Positions 13,701-24,789 of a stretch of 64,000 nucleotides of DNA are shown one piece after another (positions within the stretch are counted from its first letter, which is position 1; every line of letters begins with the position of its first letter). A model generated the notes under the pieces. It was given only the letters and a program-made list of their open reading frames with translations, had not been told where the DNA came from and ran no database searches. Source of the DNA: Vicugna vicugna (Eukaryota); the NCBI GenBank assembly GCA_013265495.1, contig MU058213.1, positions 4,860,854-4,924,853 of the forward strand, in the 5' to 3' direction. The translations under genes and the position numbers were made by a program.

Positions 13701-14543
13701 TGTGCTTTCATTATCATTTGTCTCAAGGTATTTTTTAATTTCAGCTTTGATTTCCTCATTGATCCATTGTTTTTTCAATAACATATTGTTTAATCTCCAT
13801 GCTTTTCTTTTTTTCTCCTTTGTTTCTCTGTTGTTGATTTCCAGTTTCATGGCATTGTGGTCAGTAAAGATGCTTGAGATAATTTCTATCTTCTTAAATT
13901 TGTTGAGGTTTCTTTTGTGTCCAAGTACATGATCGATCCTGGAAAATGTTCCATGTGCACTTGAAAAGAATGTATATTCTATTTTTTGGGGGTGTAATGC
14001 TCTGAAAATATCCACCAAATCTAGTTTTTCTATTGTAGTATTTAATTTCTCTGTTGCCTTGTTTATTTTCTGTCTGGAAGATCTGTCTAGTGATGTTAAT
14101 GCAGTGTTAAAATCTCCAACTATGATTGTATTCCCATCAATATCCCCCTTTATCTCTGTTAGTAATTCTTGTATGTACTTAGGTGCTCCTATATTGGGTG
14201 CATATATATTAACGAGTGTAATATCTTCATCTTGTATCACTCCTTTAATCATTATAAAATGTCCTTCTTTATCTTTCTTTATGGCCTTTGTTTTAAAGTC
14301 TATTTTGTCTGAAATCAGTACTGCAACACCTGCTTTTTTGGCTTTTCCATTTGCATGGAATATCCTTTTCCATCCTTTCACTCTCAATCTATATGTGTCC
14401 TTCTCCCTAAAGTGGGTCTCTTGTATGCAGCATATTGAAGGTTCTTGCTTTATTATCCAGTCTGCCACTCTATGTCTTTTGACTGGAGCATTTAGTCCAT
14501 TAACATTTACAGTAATTAATGATAGATGTGTGTTTATTGCCAT
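10746..14543 (-). CDS. LINE-1 ORF2p (APE endonuclease, reverse transcriptase, C-terminal CCHC domain), 1265 aa
   Basis: EN motifs NVNGLN, IQETH, NIYAPN, GDFN, SRID, TDH. PIP-like [10 protein letters not shown] motifs [45 protein letters not shown]. No stops. Confidence 0.98.
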   Translation of the reverse strand: MAINTHLSLITVNVNGLNAPVKRHRVADWIIKQEPSICCIQETHFREKDTYRLRVKGWKRIFHANGKAKKAGVAVLISDKIDFKTKAIKKDKEGHFIMIKGVIQDEDITLVNIYAPNIGAPKYIQELLTEIKGDIDGNTIIVGDFNTALTSLDRSSRQKINKATEKLNTTIEKLDLVDIFRALHPQKIEYTFFSSAHGTFSRIDHVLGHKRNLNKFKKIEIISSIFTDHNAMKLEINNRETKEKKRKAWRLNNMLLKKQWINEEIKAEIKKYLETNDNESTTTQNLWDTAKAVLRGKFIAIQAFLKKEEQSQINKLTHHLNQLEKEEQKAPKSSRRKEIIKIREELNTIEINKTIEKINQTKSWFFEKVNKIDKPLAKLTKKKKERAQISKIRKENGEITTNKIEIQNIIREYYEKLYGTKLDNLEEMDKFLETYCPPKLNQEETEHLNNPITRKEIEIAIKNLPTNKSPGPDGFTGEFYQTYKEELIPVLLKLFQTIEKEGILPNSFYEATITLIPKPGKDTTKKENYRPISLMNIDAKILTKILANRIQQHIKKIIHHDQVGFIPGTQGWFNIRKSINVIHHINKRKDKNHMIISIDAEKAFDKIQHPFMIKTLAKVGIEGTYLNIIKAIYDKPIASIVLNGEKLKSFPLKSGTRQGCPLSPLLFNIVLEVLATAIRQEKEIKGIQIGKEEVKVSLYADDMLLYIENPKRSTKKLLELIEEFSKVAGYKINVQKSVAFLYTNDKSTEKESKETIPFKIAPKVIKYLGINLTKEVKELYTENYKPLMKEIKEDFKKWKDIPCSWIGRINIVKMVTLPKAIYRFNAIPIQLPRTYFTELEQIIIKFIWNHQRPRIAKALLKRKKEAGGITLPDFRQYYRATVIKTAWYWYQNRHIDQWNRIESPEMNPQTFGQLIFDKGGKNIQWNKDSLFSKWCWENWTAACKTMKLEHTLTPYTKINSKWIKDLNIRQDTINLLEENIGKTLSDIHFKNFLLEEIKARINKWDLMKLTSFCRAKETRNKTRRKPTEWEKIFASETDKGLISKIYKQLIRLNKKKINNPIQKWAEDLNKQFSKEDIQMIKKHMKKCSISLIIREMQIKTTMRYHLTPVRMAVIQKSKNDKCWRGCGERGTLLHCWWECSLVQPLWKTVWRFLKRLGIDLPYDPGIPLLGLYPEGNLLQDDTCTPMFIAALFTIAKTWKQPKCPSTGDWIKKMWYIYTMEYYSAIKTDNIMPFAATWMLLENVILSEVSQKEKEKYHMRSLICGI

Positions 14544-14940
14544 TTTGAACTTATCTTTGCAGTTGAATTGGTATATCCTCTTTGTTCCTTTCTTCTTCCT
14601 TTTGTGGTTTGGTAATTTTCCTTTGTATTATCATGGATTTTATTTAATTTTTGTGACTCCCTTGTAAATTTTTGACTTGTGGTTACCCTTTTTTGTAAAT
14701 CTATTAACCTATACCCGTTTTTAATAAACTGATAATAACATGATCTCAAACCCATCCTACTGTTAAAAAAATTTAAAAAAGAAAGAAAAAAAATTCTATA
14801 TTTCCCTGCCTCCCTCTCCCACTCTCAGTGATTTGTATGTCTTCTTTTATAATTTCGTGTTTTCTTTATTTGTAATTCATGAGTTATCACCTTTCCAGTT
14901 GTACGTTTCTCATTTCTGTAGCATCCTGCTGCTTTTCTAT

Positions 14941-15843
14941 TTAGAATAGCCCTTTCAATATTTCTTTTAGCATGGGTTTAGTGTTGCTAAACTCCTGCAG
15001 CTTTTTTTTGTCTGTGAAACTCTTTATTTCTCCTTCTATCCTAAAGGATAGCCTTGCTGGATAAAGTATCCTAGGCTGCATCTTTTTTTCATTCAGGGCT
15101 TTGAATATATCTTGCCACTCCCTTCTGGCCTGTAGTGTTTGTGTAGAGAAATCAGCTGAGAGCCTTATGGGGGTTCCCTTGTAGTTCACTCTTTGCTTTT
15201 CTCTTGCTGCCTTTAGAATCATTTCTTTATCCTTGACTCTGGCCATCTTGATTATGATATGTCTTGGTGTGGGTCTATTTGGGTTCTTCCTGTTTGGGAC
15301 CCTCTGAGCTTCCTGTACTTGGATATCTGATTCCTTCTTTAAGTTTGGGAAGTTTTCAGTCATGATTTCTTCAAAAACCTTTTCAATCCCCTTTGATCCT
15401 TCTTCCCCTTCTGGGACCCCTATTATGCGAAGATTGGGACGCTTTATATTATCCCATAGGTCCCTTATGCTATTATCATTATTTTTTATTTGCTTATCTT
15501 GTAGTTCTTCTGAATGGGTGCTTTCTGTTGCCCTGTCTTCTAGATCACTAATTCGTTCCTCTGCATTAACTAGTCGGCTTTGCACAGCTGTTAGATCATT
15601 CCTCATCTCTGTCAATGAGTTTTCCCATTTTGCTTGGCTCTTCTTTATAGCTTCAATTTCATTTTTGACATATTTTATTTCTCTAAGCATTATCTCTTTT
15701 AATTCCTTCAGCAATTTGATCACTCCTTTTTTGAAATCTTGATCTAGTAGGCTATCGATGTCTATTTCATTGAGCTTTCTTTCAGGGGATTCCTCTTGTT
15801 CTTTTAATTGGGAAAGGTTTCTCTGCTTCTTCATCTTGCTCAT
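14941..15843 (-). CDS. LINE-1 ORF1p (coiled coil, RRM, CTD RNA chaperone), 300 aa
   Basis: RPNLRIIGVPEGEE, ENFPNL, TPRHII, AREK, ARR and YPARLS motifs with a heptad-rich N-terminus. Confidence 0.97.
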   Translation of the reverse strand: MSKMKKQRNLSQLKEQEESPERKLNEIDIDSLLDQDFKKGVIKLLKELKEIMLREIKYVKNEIEAIKKSQAKWENSLTEMRNDLTAVQSRLVNAEERISDLEDRATESTHSEELQDKQIKNNDNSIRDLWDNIKRPNLRIIGVPEGEEGSKGIEKVFEEIMTENFPNLKKESDIQVQEAQRVPNRKNPNRPTPRHIIIKMARVKDKEMILKAAREKQRVNYKGTPIRLSADFSTQTLQARREWQDIFKALNEKKMQPRILYPARLSFRIEGEIKSFTDKKKLQEFSNTKPMLKEILKGLF

Positions 15844-15938
15844 ACCTCTCTGGCACTGTGGTTTATGGAGTATCAGTTGTCTATTTTGGATCTTAAGGAT
15901 TTTATCTATCTAATGCCTATTTAGGAATAGAACTTAGG

Positions 15939-15970
<32 letters not shown>

Positions 15971-17670
15971 GAATAAGAGAGAGAGAAAGATTTTTAAAAG
16001 AAGGGAGAAAGAGGGTTTGAAAACAATGTATAATGAATAATAGAAGAGCGGGTTGAAGCAGAGTATTAATCGGGTGGAGAAGTCCTTTTAAAACCTTAAA
16101 AAAAAAAAGGGGGGGGGGGAGATGAATATATGTGTTTGAAGCCTGTGTCTAATCAATAACAGGACATCAAAACCCAAGAGAAATAGAAATGAATTAAGAA
16201 GTAAAAATTAAGAGAGTAATTGAAAATAGAACAGGTAAAAACAGATTAAAAAAAAAAAAAAACAAAAACCAAAACCAAAAACCAAAAAACAAAAAACAAA
16301 ACAAAACAAACAAACAAAAAGGGTTGTTGTCGTTGTTCTCCTGGAGTCTGTGTGCTTTTAATGTGAAGTCCTTCTGTCTTCGTCCTGTTTTGGAAGCTCA
16401 GCTTGTTTTCATAGGCCCTCCGTTGGCGCCCTCTTCTGTGCTGCTCCCAGCACCTGTCGGCAAGCAGATCGCGCCTCCTCCTAACACGGGGTCAGATGCA
16501 GCTCTCCTCTGCTGCGGGCGGGCGGGTCACTGCCCCTCCGGATGCCGCAGTCAGATGTTGCAGACTGGCCAGGCAGGAGGGCGGGTCGTGCCCCCTCCCA
16601 GCACCTCGGTCAGGGGTTGTGTTCCTGCCCGACAGGCGGGGGGCCGCTCTCCCCCTGCCTGCGCCGCCGGTAGCTCCGCTGCTCTTTGCGGCTGCACGCT
16701 CTGCGCCGGCACTCCGCCCTGGTCGCGTTCCGCCCTGGTCGCGCTCCGCGGGTGGGCTCGGGGAAGACCGAGGGGCAGCCTCCTCCCTGCTCCGATCCAA
16801 GACCCAGCTGCTTGTCTTTGTGGAGCAAGTTCTCTGAGGGACCAGAATGGAAGGATCCTATCTGCCCCGGGCTGTAGGCCCGTCTCAGTCTGGCCCTTGA
16901 GGCTGCTAAGCCCTTCGGTGCGGACGCAGGTTTCGCCTCTGCCCCCGCCTGGGTGCTAAGCGCCGGAGAATATGGCGGCTCTGCCTGGGCCCCGCCCCTC
17001 TTCCCCTGAAAAGTTTCCGCGGGTTTTCAGAGATGGGGGTATGCACCCTTCCCCCGAGAGCACATCAACCTTGCTGTTTTATGGAGGGCCCAGGTTGTTC
17101 TGTCCTGTACACCCACAGCCACGGCGCCCAGCCCCTTGCAGTCCCCCGGAGCTGCCTCCGTGCAGCCGCCCCCGTCCTCCGGCCGGCTTGTGCAGCCTGG
17201 CCCTGCCCCCCGCTGCGGGCCCGCGTCTCAGGCTGGGTGTCGGGGGGACGCTGTGTGCCCGTTTAACTTAGTTCTGTCAGACAAGGGCTGCTCTGTACAG
17301 ATCCGAGCCTCGGAGGCTCCCCCTCCGTCCCGCTGGCCTCTCAGTTGGAGAGGGGAGACCCAGCGAGCGAGCGCCAGTCCTCCTTTGCCGCTCCCTCCCC
17401 GCGGGACCCGTCCCGCGCTGCTTTGCCTTTTGTTCTTTCTTTTTTCCTTTTCTCCTACCAGATTTTTGGCGTCTTTATCTTTTGAAGAGGGCGATGATCT
17501 GTTGGAGTTCCGCAGGTGCTCTGGTTGGCTGAGTGGGTCTGTAGATGTGGGTCTTGGTGTATTTGTGGGAGAGGGTGACTTACAAGCATCCTTCTACTCC
17601 GCCATCTTGCCCGTCTCACCAATTTTTTTTTTAAGGAACCTCCATAGTGCTTTCCATAGTGGATGCACTT

Positions 17671-18230
17671 TTTTTTCCTCTTTAGATCTGCCTATTTTGG
17701 ACATTTCAGGTCAACGAGGTCATACAGTGCGTGGTCTTTTGAGACTAGTTTTCTTCAATCAGTGTAATATTTCCAAGATTTATCGATGTTGTAGCGTGTA
17801 TTGGTACTTCATTTCTTTTTATAGCAAAATAGGATTCCATTGTATGAATATACCACATTTTTTTCATTCATTTATCAGTTGGTGAACATTTGAGTTGTTC
17901 CACTTTTTGGCTACTATGAAGAATGCTACTATGAGCATTTGTGTGCACATCTGTGAATGGACGCAGTTTTCATTTCCCTTGAGTATATACTTAGGGGTGG
18001 TGTTGCTTGGTCCTATATTAGGCCGATGTTTAACCTTTTTGGGGGAAGTGCCAAACTGTTTTGCACAGTGGTTGCACCACTTTAGATCCCCATCAGCAGT
18101 GTGGGAGGGTTCCAGCTTCTCCTTGCCGACACTTGCTATTGTCTGTCTTTTTGAGTACAGCCGTTCTAGTGTGTATGATGTGGTGTCTTGCTGTGGTTTT
18201 GGTCTGCATTTCCCTGATGACTAGTGACGC
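17671..18230 (-). mobile_element. Ancient L1MB-like element, right part
   Basis: Resumes with GATCTGCCTATTTTGGACATTTC. ORF 18093..18329 contains SLVIREMQTKTTARHH, matching ORF2 [16 protein letters not shown]. Confidence 0.8.
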
Positions 18231-20372
18231 CGAGTGGCCTGGCCGTCGTTTTATCCTTTCTTTGCTTGTTATCTCTTGGATTCTCATTGTGGGTGTTCCA
18301 GCCATTGCCCACACTTCACAAGGTCCCAATTCCTTTCATCTCCAGAGATCCCTTCTCATCTGCTGTTCTGCAGCGTCTCCATGCAGGGTTCATTCTTCAG
18401 CAAATAGTTACTGAGTTCCTTTCATGTGGTACAGGCTGAAGATGGCTGGGAACATATAACCAAGGTACCACTTCAGTCTGATGACAACACGTCCCCATGG
18501 GAATCCTCTGCTTAAAATGCGTCAGTGACACTTTAAAATTTGGGATCAAATTTAATAGCAAAATTCATGGCAACCAGGGTTCTGAGTACATTTGAGTGTT
18601 AGCCCCATCCAGCCACCCTCCCCGCCATCCTCCCTGCTTTGCATCTTCCACTGCCATCCTAGGCTCCAAATGAATCATTCTTTCCTGCATCCCTGTCCCT
18701 GTTCTCCACCACCCCTTCTAGACCACAAGCTTCTCCAGGGCAAGGGATGATTCTCATGCATCCTTGCATTTCCCACGGTGCTAGGACCATAGTTGGCCAC
18801 TGGGAAGTACTCAGTACAATACCACGTGATGCACTTGATACACTGACCACTGAATGAGTAAATGAGTAAGTGAGTGAATGAAAATTTATCCTTCTGCTGG
18901 GCAGTGCAGTTTATTTTAGTTTTCAGTTGGCTGAAGTTGGGATCTGTCCTAATCTCGCCTGAATGATAGGCCAAGTCTGCTGACCGGAGGTGGCTTTATT
19001 TGAGGCACGTATTTATAACAAACAGTGATGCTCTAAGGGGTTTTAAGTCATGGCCTGTTCAGATTGGTTTGTACCCTGTAGGAGTTTCAGAAAAATGAAG
19101 TAAAGTGACAGAACATAAAGTACCCACAGCCGAATATAAATGTGTTGAACAGAGTCAGGTCTGGGGGCCTGTGTGCAAATTTGCAAGGAAAACTGGAGCG
19201 TTACAAGTGTCCAGTCATGGTACCCCTTCCCCCTTGTCCAGGCAGGACAAAGGTCTCTCTCTAGCCAGGACGGGAATGTGTTTCTCTCCTGGGTGGTTTT
19301 GTTGAGGGAGAGGATGGGGAGGGGGCAGAAGTGGGCTTCTCATCGGGTATCCGGCCTGGCCTGGCCCCAGGGGAGACAGGATGTGTGCGAGCCAGGCTCC
19401 CCAGCCCCTCTCATCAGGCTGTTTCCTATTTTCAGGGGTCTCTGTGGTGGCCCATGTGGGGTGACAGCCGTAAACGCATTGTCCTGAAATCTGAGCTGGG
19501 GAGGGAGGAAACGCCTGGCATTGATGATACGTCTGTCTGCTTATTTGCCGGGAATGTTGTTTGGGGGAGATAATAAACACTGTGGAGGCAGTGTTCTCAG
19601 AGATGTTTGTGAAGATGACGTCCTGTTGAAGAGCTAAGACACTGACGACTTTGGAAGCAGGTCTCACAGCTAGCCTCAGCTCGCCCAGGTCTCTCCCTCA
19701 GTTCCTGCCTCCATTTCAAGGTCCTCCCAGTGGTCCATCCTCTGACCACCTCCCCCGCCCCAGCCTCTGGCCTCTTTCCCTTCTGCTTCTCCATGCGCCT
19801 CTACATTGCTACGGACCCAAGGCTCCCCCAGGCTGCTCTCTCGTGCTCACAGCTGCCTGCAGCTCTTTCTTCCCCGACTCTTCATCCCCCTCCTGAAACT
19901 GAACAATCAGATCTTTGCTAATAAGGCAGTAGAAGAGGCTGCAGGGGACAGCCATCCCTGCTGCTCTCCTTCATCAAGTACTTACCATGTGCCAGGTGTT
20001 TTCATATCATTCATTTCATGCACACAACCTAAAAGGCAGTGATAATGGCCATTTCCCCCGTTTTATAGGTTGAGAAACTAGGGACCAGGGAAGGAAGCTG
20101 ATTACCCTTATAATCAGTAGCACTGGGAATTGAACTCATAGTCTGAAGCTGAGACTCACTCTTACTCAGTATGTTCTGTTTCCTTCCTGCTACCTGCCAG
20201 GCACCACGTGAATGCCTGATACAGCAGAGTTGCTTAAGGCAGCCCTACCCTTGAGGAATTCCTGGTTATACAAAGAATGGTGAAACTCTGGGAAAAGCAC
20301 TGCAGCAGCAGCAGTGGAGGGTAGAGGCTGGGGAGATGGGGATGGGGTGGGGAGGAGCAGGAGCAAAGGCAC

Positions 20373-20750
20373 TGTGGTGGATGCTGCAGGCTGCTGCCCA
20401 CACTATCCCCCCACAACTCCCCCAGCTGCAGGGAGCAGTGGATGCTAATGGTGCAATGGAATTGCCCTTGGCTGGAGGGAGCTGCCTTTCCCAGTGTTAG
20501 GCCCCCTCCCCAGGGAAAGCCTGAATCTAGGGACTGGTCAATAGGTGAGTACCGAGGCCCGGCCCCCGGCTTCAGTTGAGCACAACTCTGAAGGACCATC
20601 CCAGCTGCAGAGGGTCAGCTCCACCGGTCAGCCCCTCCCTCTACCAGTTCTCTTCCATCACTCTGGAACAGGGATGTATCCAAAGAGCATCCCCAGGACC
20701 CTTCTGCACACAAGGCTTCCTCAGAGTGTGTCCCAGGGAGCCCAAGACAT
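20373..20750 (+). mobile_element. ERVL solo LTR (LTR16A-like)
   Basis: TGTGGTGGATGCTG start, then GAATTGCCCTTGGC, GACTGGTCAA and ACAACTCTGAAGGACCATCCCAGCT motifs recalled from LTR16. Confidence 0.72.
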
Positions 20751-22132
20751 GGGAGGCATGGCAGTGTCAAGCTACCTAGCGTGCTCCAGAGAGTCAAAAT
20801 CGTCCAAGGCCGCCAGGCTGTAGGATGCGGCGGGTGGAGGACGTACCGTGCAGTGGCTTCTCCTGCACTATGGTCTGAAAATCCTTTGATGGACCTCTGT
20901 CAACTTTTTCAATAATGGAGTCTGCAGCTCTGTCCAGGGCCACAGAGGCCTGATCTGTTCTTAGAGTAAACTGCTGACAGTTTAGAGGAAATAGCCATTT
21001 ATAACCCAAATAAATAACAACAAAAAATGTTTGGGAATTTTATCCATGCTTCTGGAATTTCAAAGCTACAGAGCAGCCTTAGAGCACATCCAGTCCAGAA
21101 GCCTTCAGGTACCACGTGGAAATGAAGCCCCAGGGAGGTGGCGTGACTTCAGGTGAACACAGTGTCGGGGCCACCGCTGGGGCCCAGTGTTTCAGGTCTC
21201 TGGTTCGTGGGTCTCTCTCTCTCCTCGGTAGGTCTGTACCTCATACCTAAGAACTTACACATGAGCCCTTGAAGGTTCGCTGAACTTCATACTCTGACAG
21301 TGACTTGTCCACAGGAGGGCAAAACGCCCTTGAACAGCAATGCCGCCGTGCTCCCCCAGGGCTCCAGCAGTCCTCCACAGGGCTCCACAGAGTGAGCCCA
21401 CCTTGCTGGTGCCAGGCACATCAAGGCTCGGTGTTGTTCCAGAACCTTCTGCACTTCCCCTGTTCGCTATCAGATCAAATCCAGCTGCTTTTCCTCCAGC
21501 CGTGGTCAAGATAAACGTGGAAGCCATAGAACACAGTCAGGGCACGCTCTGTGCATCACATGCCCGGTCAGTGTTCAGTGCCGGGTCCCCTCACCTCTCT
21601 GCCCGGGTTAGGTGGGCTGCCGTGCTCCAGGGGAAGCGTTAGCGGGTAAGCTGACTTTTGGTCCAGGCGCTTGTTATGACCATTAACAGCCCTTTGCCTC
21701 AGCACATTAGCCTCAGATAAGTGGATGACTCCAGACCCGTCACCGCATTGGAGACAGCGGTGCTCAGCTTCCGCTGTCCTGTCTCCATCGGTGACTTTGC
21801 CCTGCGACCTGCTTCTCAGGGCTGACAATTATTAACCTGCATAATCAGACTCTGTGTGAACTTCTCTTTACAGATAAGGCACGTTTCTGAAAAGTTGCCT
21901 TAGAGCAGAGTCTCCCCAGCTGGGGTTTGTGTTGTGCTGGATTCCTGTGAGCTGGTTTATTAGTTTCCCCTGGGCGGGGAGGGTCCGATGTTCAGTTAAG
22001 TTGTGGAAACAGTGATGATTATTTATCTCTGGAAGATGCTCCATCTCCTTTAGGGGAGTAAGTCCCATCTTAAATCTGCCCACTTTTGTTTAACCTAGAT
22101 CTTCCCAATTTCACTTGACTATAGAATCTTTT

Positions 22133-22253
22133 AAAAAAATTTGTTTTGTGGGGGAGATAATTAGGTTTATTGATTGATGGAGGAACTGGGGGTTGAACCC
22201 AGGACCTTGTGCATGCTAAGCATGTGCTCTGCCTCTGAGCTGTACCCTCCCAC
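22133..22253 (-). mobile_element. tRNA-derived SINE, Vic-1-like
   Basis: Reverse strand has GGGAGGGTACAGCTCAGAGGCAGAG...GGTTCAACCCCCAG...AAACCTAATTATCTCCCCC. Degenerate flanking repeat CTATAGAATCTTTT / CTACAGAAACTTTT. Confidence 0.85.
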
Positions 22254-23509
22254 CTACAGAAACTTTTTAAATGGAACCTTTTAAACTCCTTGAAGGGACT
22301 TAACCTCACCTCTTTCTGAGCTCAGTTTCTCTCATCTGTCCTCCTTTTTACAACCAGGCTTCCCTGTCTGGGCCACTCTTCTGGCGTCACTGTTCTCTGT
22401 CTCCCCCATGTCCTTCTGTACTCGGGGGTGTGGCCTTGCTCCCTGTTTCTGGTCCTGGTTTGCCCGGGACTAATGAGGTTGCCTGAGATGTGGGACTTCC
22501 GGTACTAAAAAGAATCCCAGGCAAGCTGGGACATGTTGGTCATCTCCACTGAACCCTGCTTCCTGCGTGCAGCACTGCAGCTCCCTGGCAGCCACCCAGG
22601 TGCGTCCCACGCCTCTCCTGAGATTCCCTGTTGCTGGGCTCAGCCTACATTCTAGAATGCACAGCTGTTTAGTTTTCAACTCCCTGCTCCTGGTTGATGT
22701 TCTGGGTCTGAGACCACAAGTAGCTTAAATGCCTACCCTCTCCCTGTCTTTCAGCTAAACTCAGTCTCTTCATCAGCCCCTGAAGCTGGAGTGGGTTCCC
22801 CTGCTGCCCCTGTGAGCAGACCCTGTCTGACCCCCTCTCATCCACCCCAAATGGACTTGAATAACCACAGCACTGAGGTACCCGCCCTCTCTCTCCCCTC
22901 TGGGCTCCTGGCTCTGACAGGCACAAGGGTAGCTGAGTGGCTCTCAAGAGGGGTCATGGTGATGTGACCCCAGCTGAGAGAGAGCTGAAGGGGCAGGGGC
23001 TGCCCTGACATTTTGTGCAGCAGGTGGAGAGCCAGCTTGTCCAGGGAGGAGAAGCTGCAGCCTCCCGGTGCCTCCGTTTACTTCTGCTCTGCCATCAGTT
23101 AAGCAAGCGTTAGGGCGTATCACCACACTATGGATGGAGTGACCGACTTGTCCCCTGCTTTTACTGCTGTTGGTATTTTTCTGTTTCCCCCGGCTTTCTC
23201 CGAACCTTTCAGTCCCCTTGCTCCAGGGCCTTTTGTGTAGGTCCAAATCAAGAGTCTTTTTTGCTCCTTAAAGCCCTCACTTATTGGGAGATCGGTGACA
23301 TTTGCTCTTGAAGGGGAGGGGAGGAGGTGACCTGCAGGGGTCAGACAGAAATAGCCGTGTCAGAGGGAGGTTTGGACCAGACATAGATGTTTTTCCAGGT
23401 CTGGTGAGGAGTGGATCTCATCAGCACCCCTGTCCAGAGGTGCTGGACTGATTTGAACATGCTGCAGCCCTGGTCACTGTGGCAAAAAACTGCTTACTTA
23501 TTAAAAATG

Positions 23510-24010
23510 GTCTACTGGATGTCTTTTCTGTGCCAGGCACTGTTGCAGATGCTGGGATTAGAGGAATGAGCAAAACAGACTAAAACTGCCCTTGTATACC
23601 TTGGATCTTCACGGGAGATAGACACAAACCAAACGCAGAAAACTTGGGCTTTTATCTGGAGAGCTGTGAAACCGCTCGAAGGGTCTGTGCAGAGGAGTGT
23701 GGATTTAAAAGGATCTCGGGAGCCTCCGTGTTGTGCATGGACGACTATGGAGAGGCAGGGGCAGAAAGACCAGTTAGGAGGCTGTTTCAAGGATCCAGGG
23801 GAGAGGTGGTGGTGGCTTACATGTTGCTGATGAAAAGGGTTTAGGTTTTGGACATGCTTTGAAGGTGAAGCCAGATAGGCAAGATGGAAGCTATGAGTCG
23901 AAAAGGAGGAATCAAGGATGACTCCAGGGATATCGGCCTGAGCTACTAAAAGAATAGAGTCCTCATTAACTGAACTGGGGAGGGCTGTGATGGGAATATG
24001 GGAGTAGTTT
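23510..24010. mobile_element. L2 LINE fragment
   Basis: TGTGCCAGGCACTGTTGCAGATGCTGGG...GAAAGACCAGTTAGGAGGCTGTT...GGAATCAAGGATGACTCCAGG, typical L2 3' sequence. Confidence 0.75.
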
Positions 24011-24789
24011 TTTTTTTTTAATGGGGGAGAGATCTTGCACAGAAATAGAGCCCCGTGCCCTGCATTCTCGGTGGGGCCACACCAGCCCACATGGCCGTGT
24101 GTGGATTAGAAATGGCCTCTCTTCCTCCAGCGGACACGGCCCAGAGCTGGGGCCACAGCTTGTCAAGGGGCACCGTCCCTCTTCTAGCCGAAGCCCTGCT
24201 GCTGTGAACAGCCTTCACAACCACATAGGGAGGCCCTGCCCTCAATGACTCCCGGTATATCGGAATGGCCCCTGCGGGCGGGAGGGGGCCAGATGGATAC
24301 CTGGGGCAGAGTACACTGGACTTAGAGAAGTAGCTGTTCACGGCCGGATGTGGTATTTTACCATAAGTTGTATACTTGGCCCCGCAGCTGCAGTGAGCGG
24401 AAGCCTGCTTGCTTCTGTCACTGGTGTTATAAAGGAGTACTGCTGGTCTTCTCAGGATTGAAAAATAATGAATGCTCTTTTGTTTTGAAGCATTTGATCC
24501 TCTTTCATGATATGCTAAGAGCAGGTAATTTCTGTATATTACTCTCTCTTCATAGAGCAAAACAAATACAGGAAACAATGGCTTCTATTCTTTTCCAGGT
24601 GTCTTCACATTAGCGCCAGCATGGAACACGCAACACACTTGTTTTGAAGAGGTTGCTCCAAATAAAAATAAAAGTGTGTTCCATCCTCTTTCACGCTCAG
24701 GATTGCCCTGCAAATGACCAGGCAGTTTATGGCTTCCTTTAGAAAGGACTCCGACATACTGTAGCCATATAGTTTGTATTTTATACTCT

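Larger units (their letters stand above)
10460..17620 (-). mobile_element. Full-length LINE-1 retrotransposon with both ORFs intact
   Basis: 5' end reads GGTGAGACGGGCAAGATGGCGG (YY1-type motif) on the - strand. Then a ~1.8-kb partly CpG-rich 5'UTR, ORF1, a 397-bp spacer, ORF2, a 3'UTR with a G-rich tract (10681-10710), AATAAA (10493-10498) and an A-rich tail. The right flank has a TTTT/AA endonuclease-type site. Confidence 0.97.

Noticed and set aside
14865..14870. AATAAA in the L1 spacer as an ORF1-only polyadenylation signal
   Set aside because: Such hexamers are frequent throughout the A-rich L1 sense strand, and nothing singles this one out.
11248..15742. Several + strand ORFs of 65-202 aa rich in F, L, I and S
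   Set aside because: These are antisense shadows of the A-rich L1 ORF1 and ORF2 coding strand.
23512..24578. 192-aa and 186-aa - strand ORFs
   Set aside because: The first lies in an L2 relic, and neither resembles a known protein.
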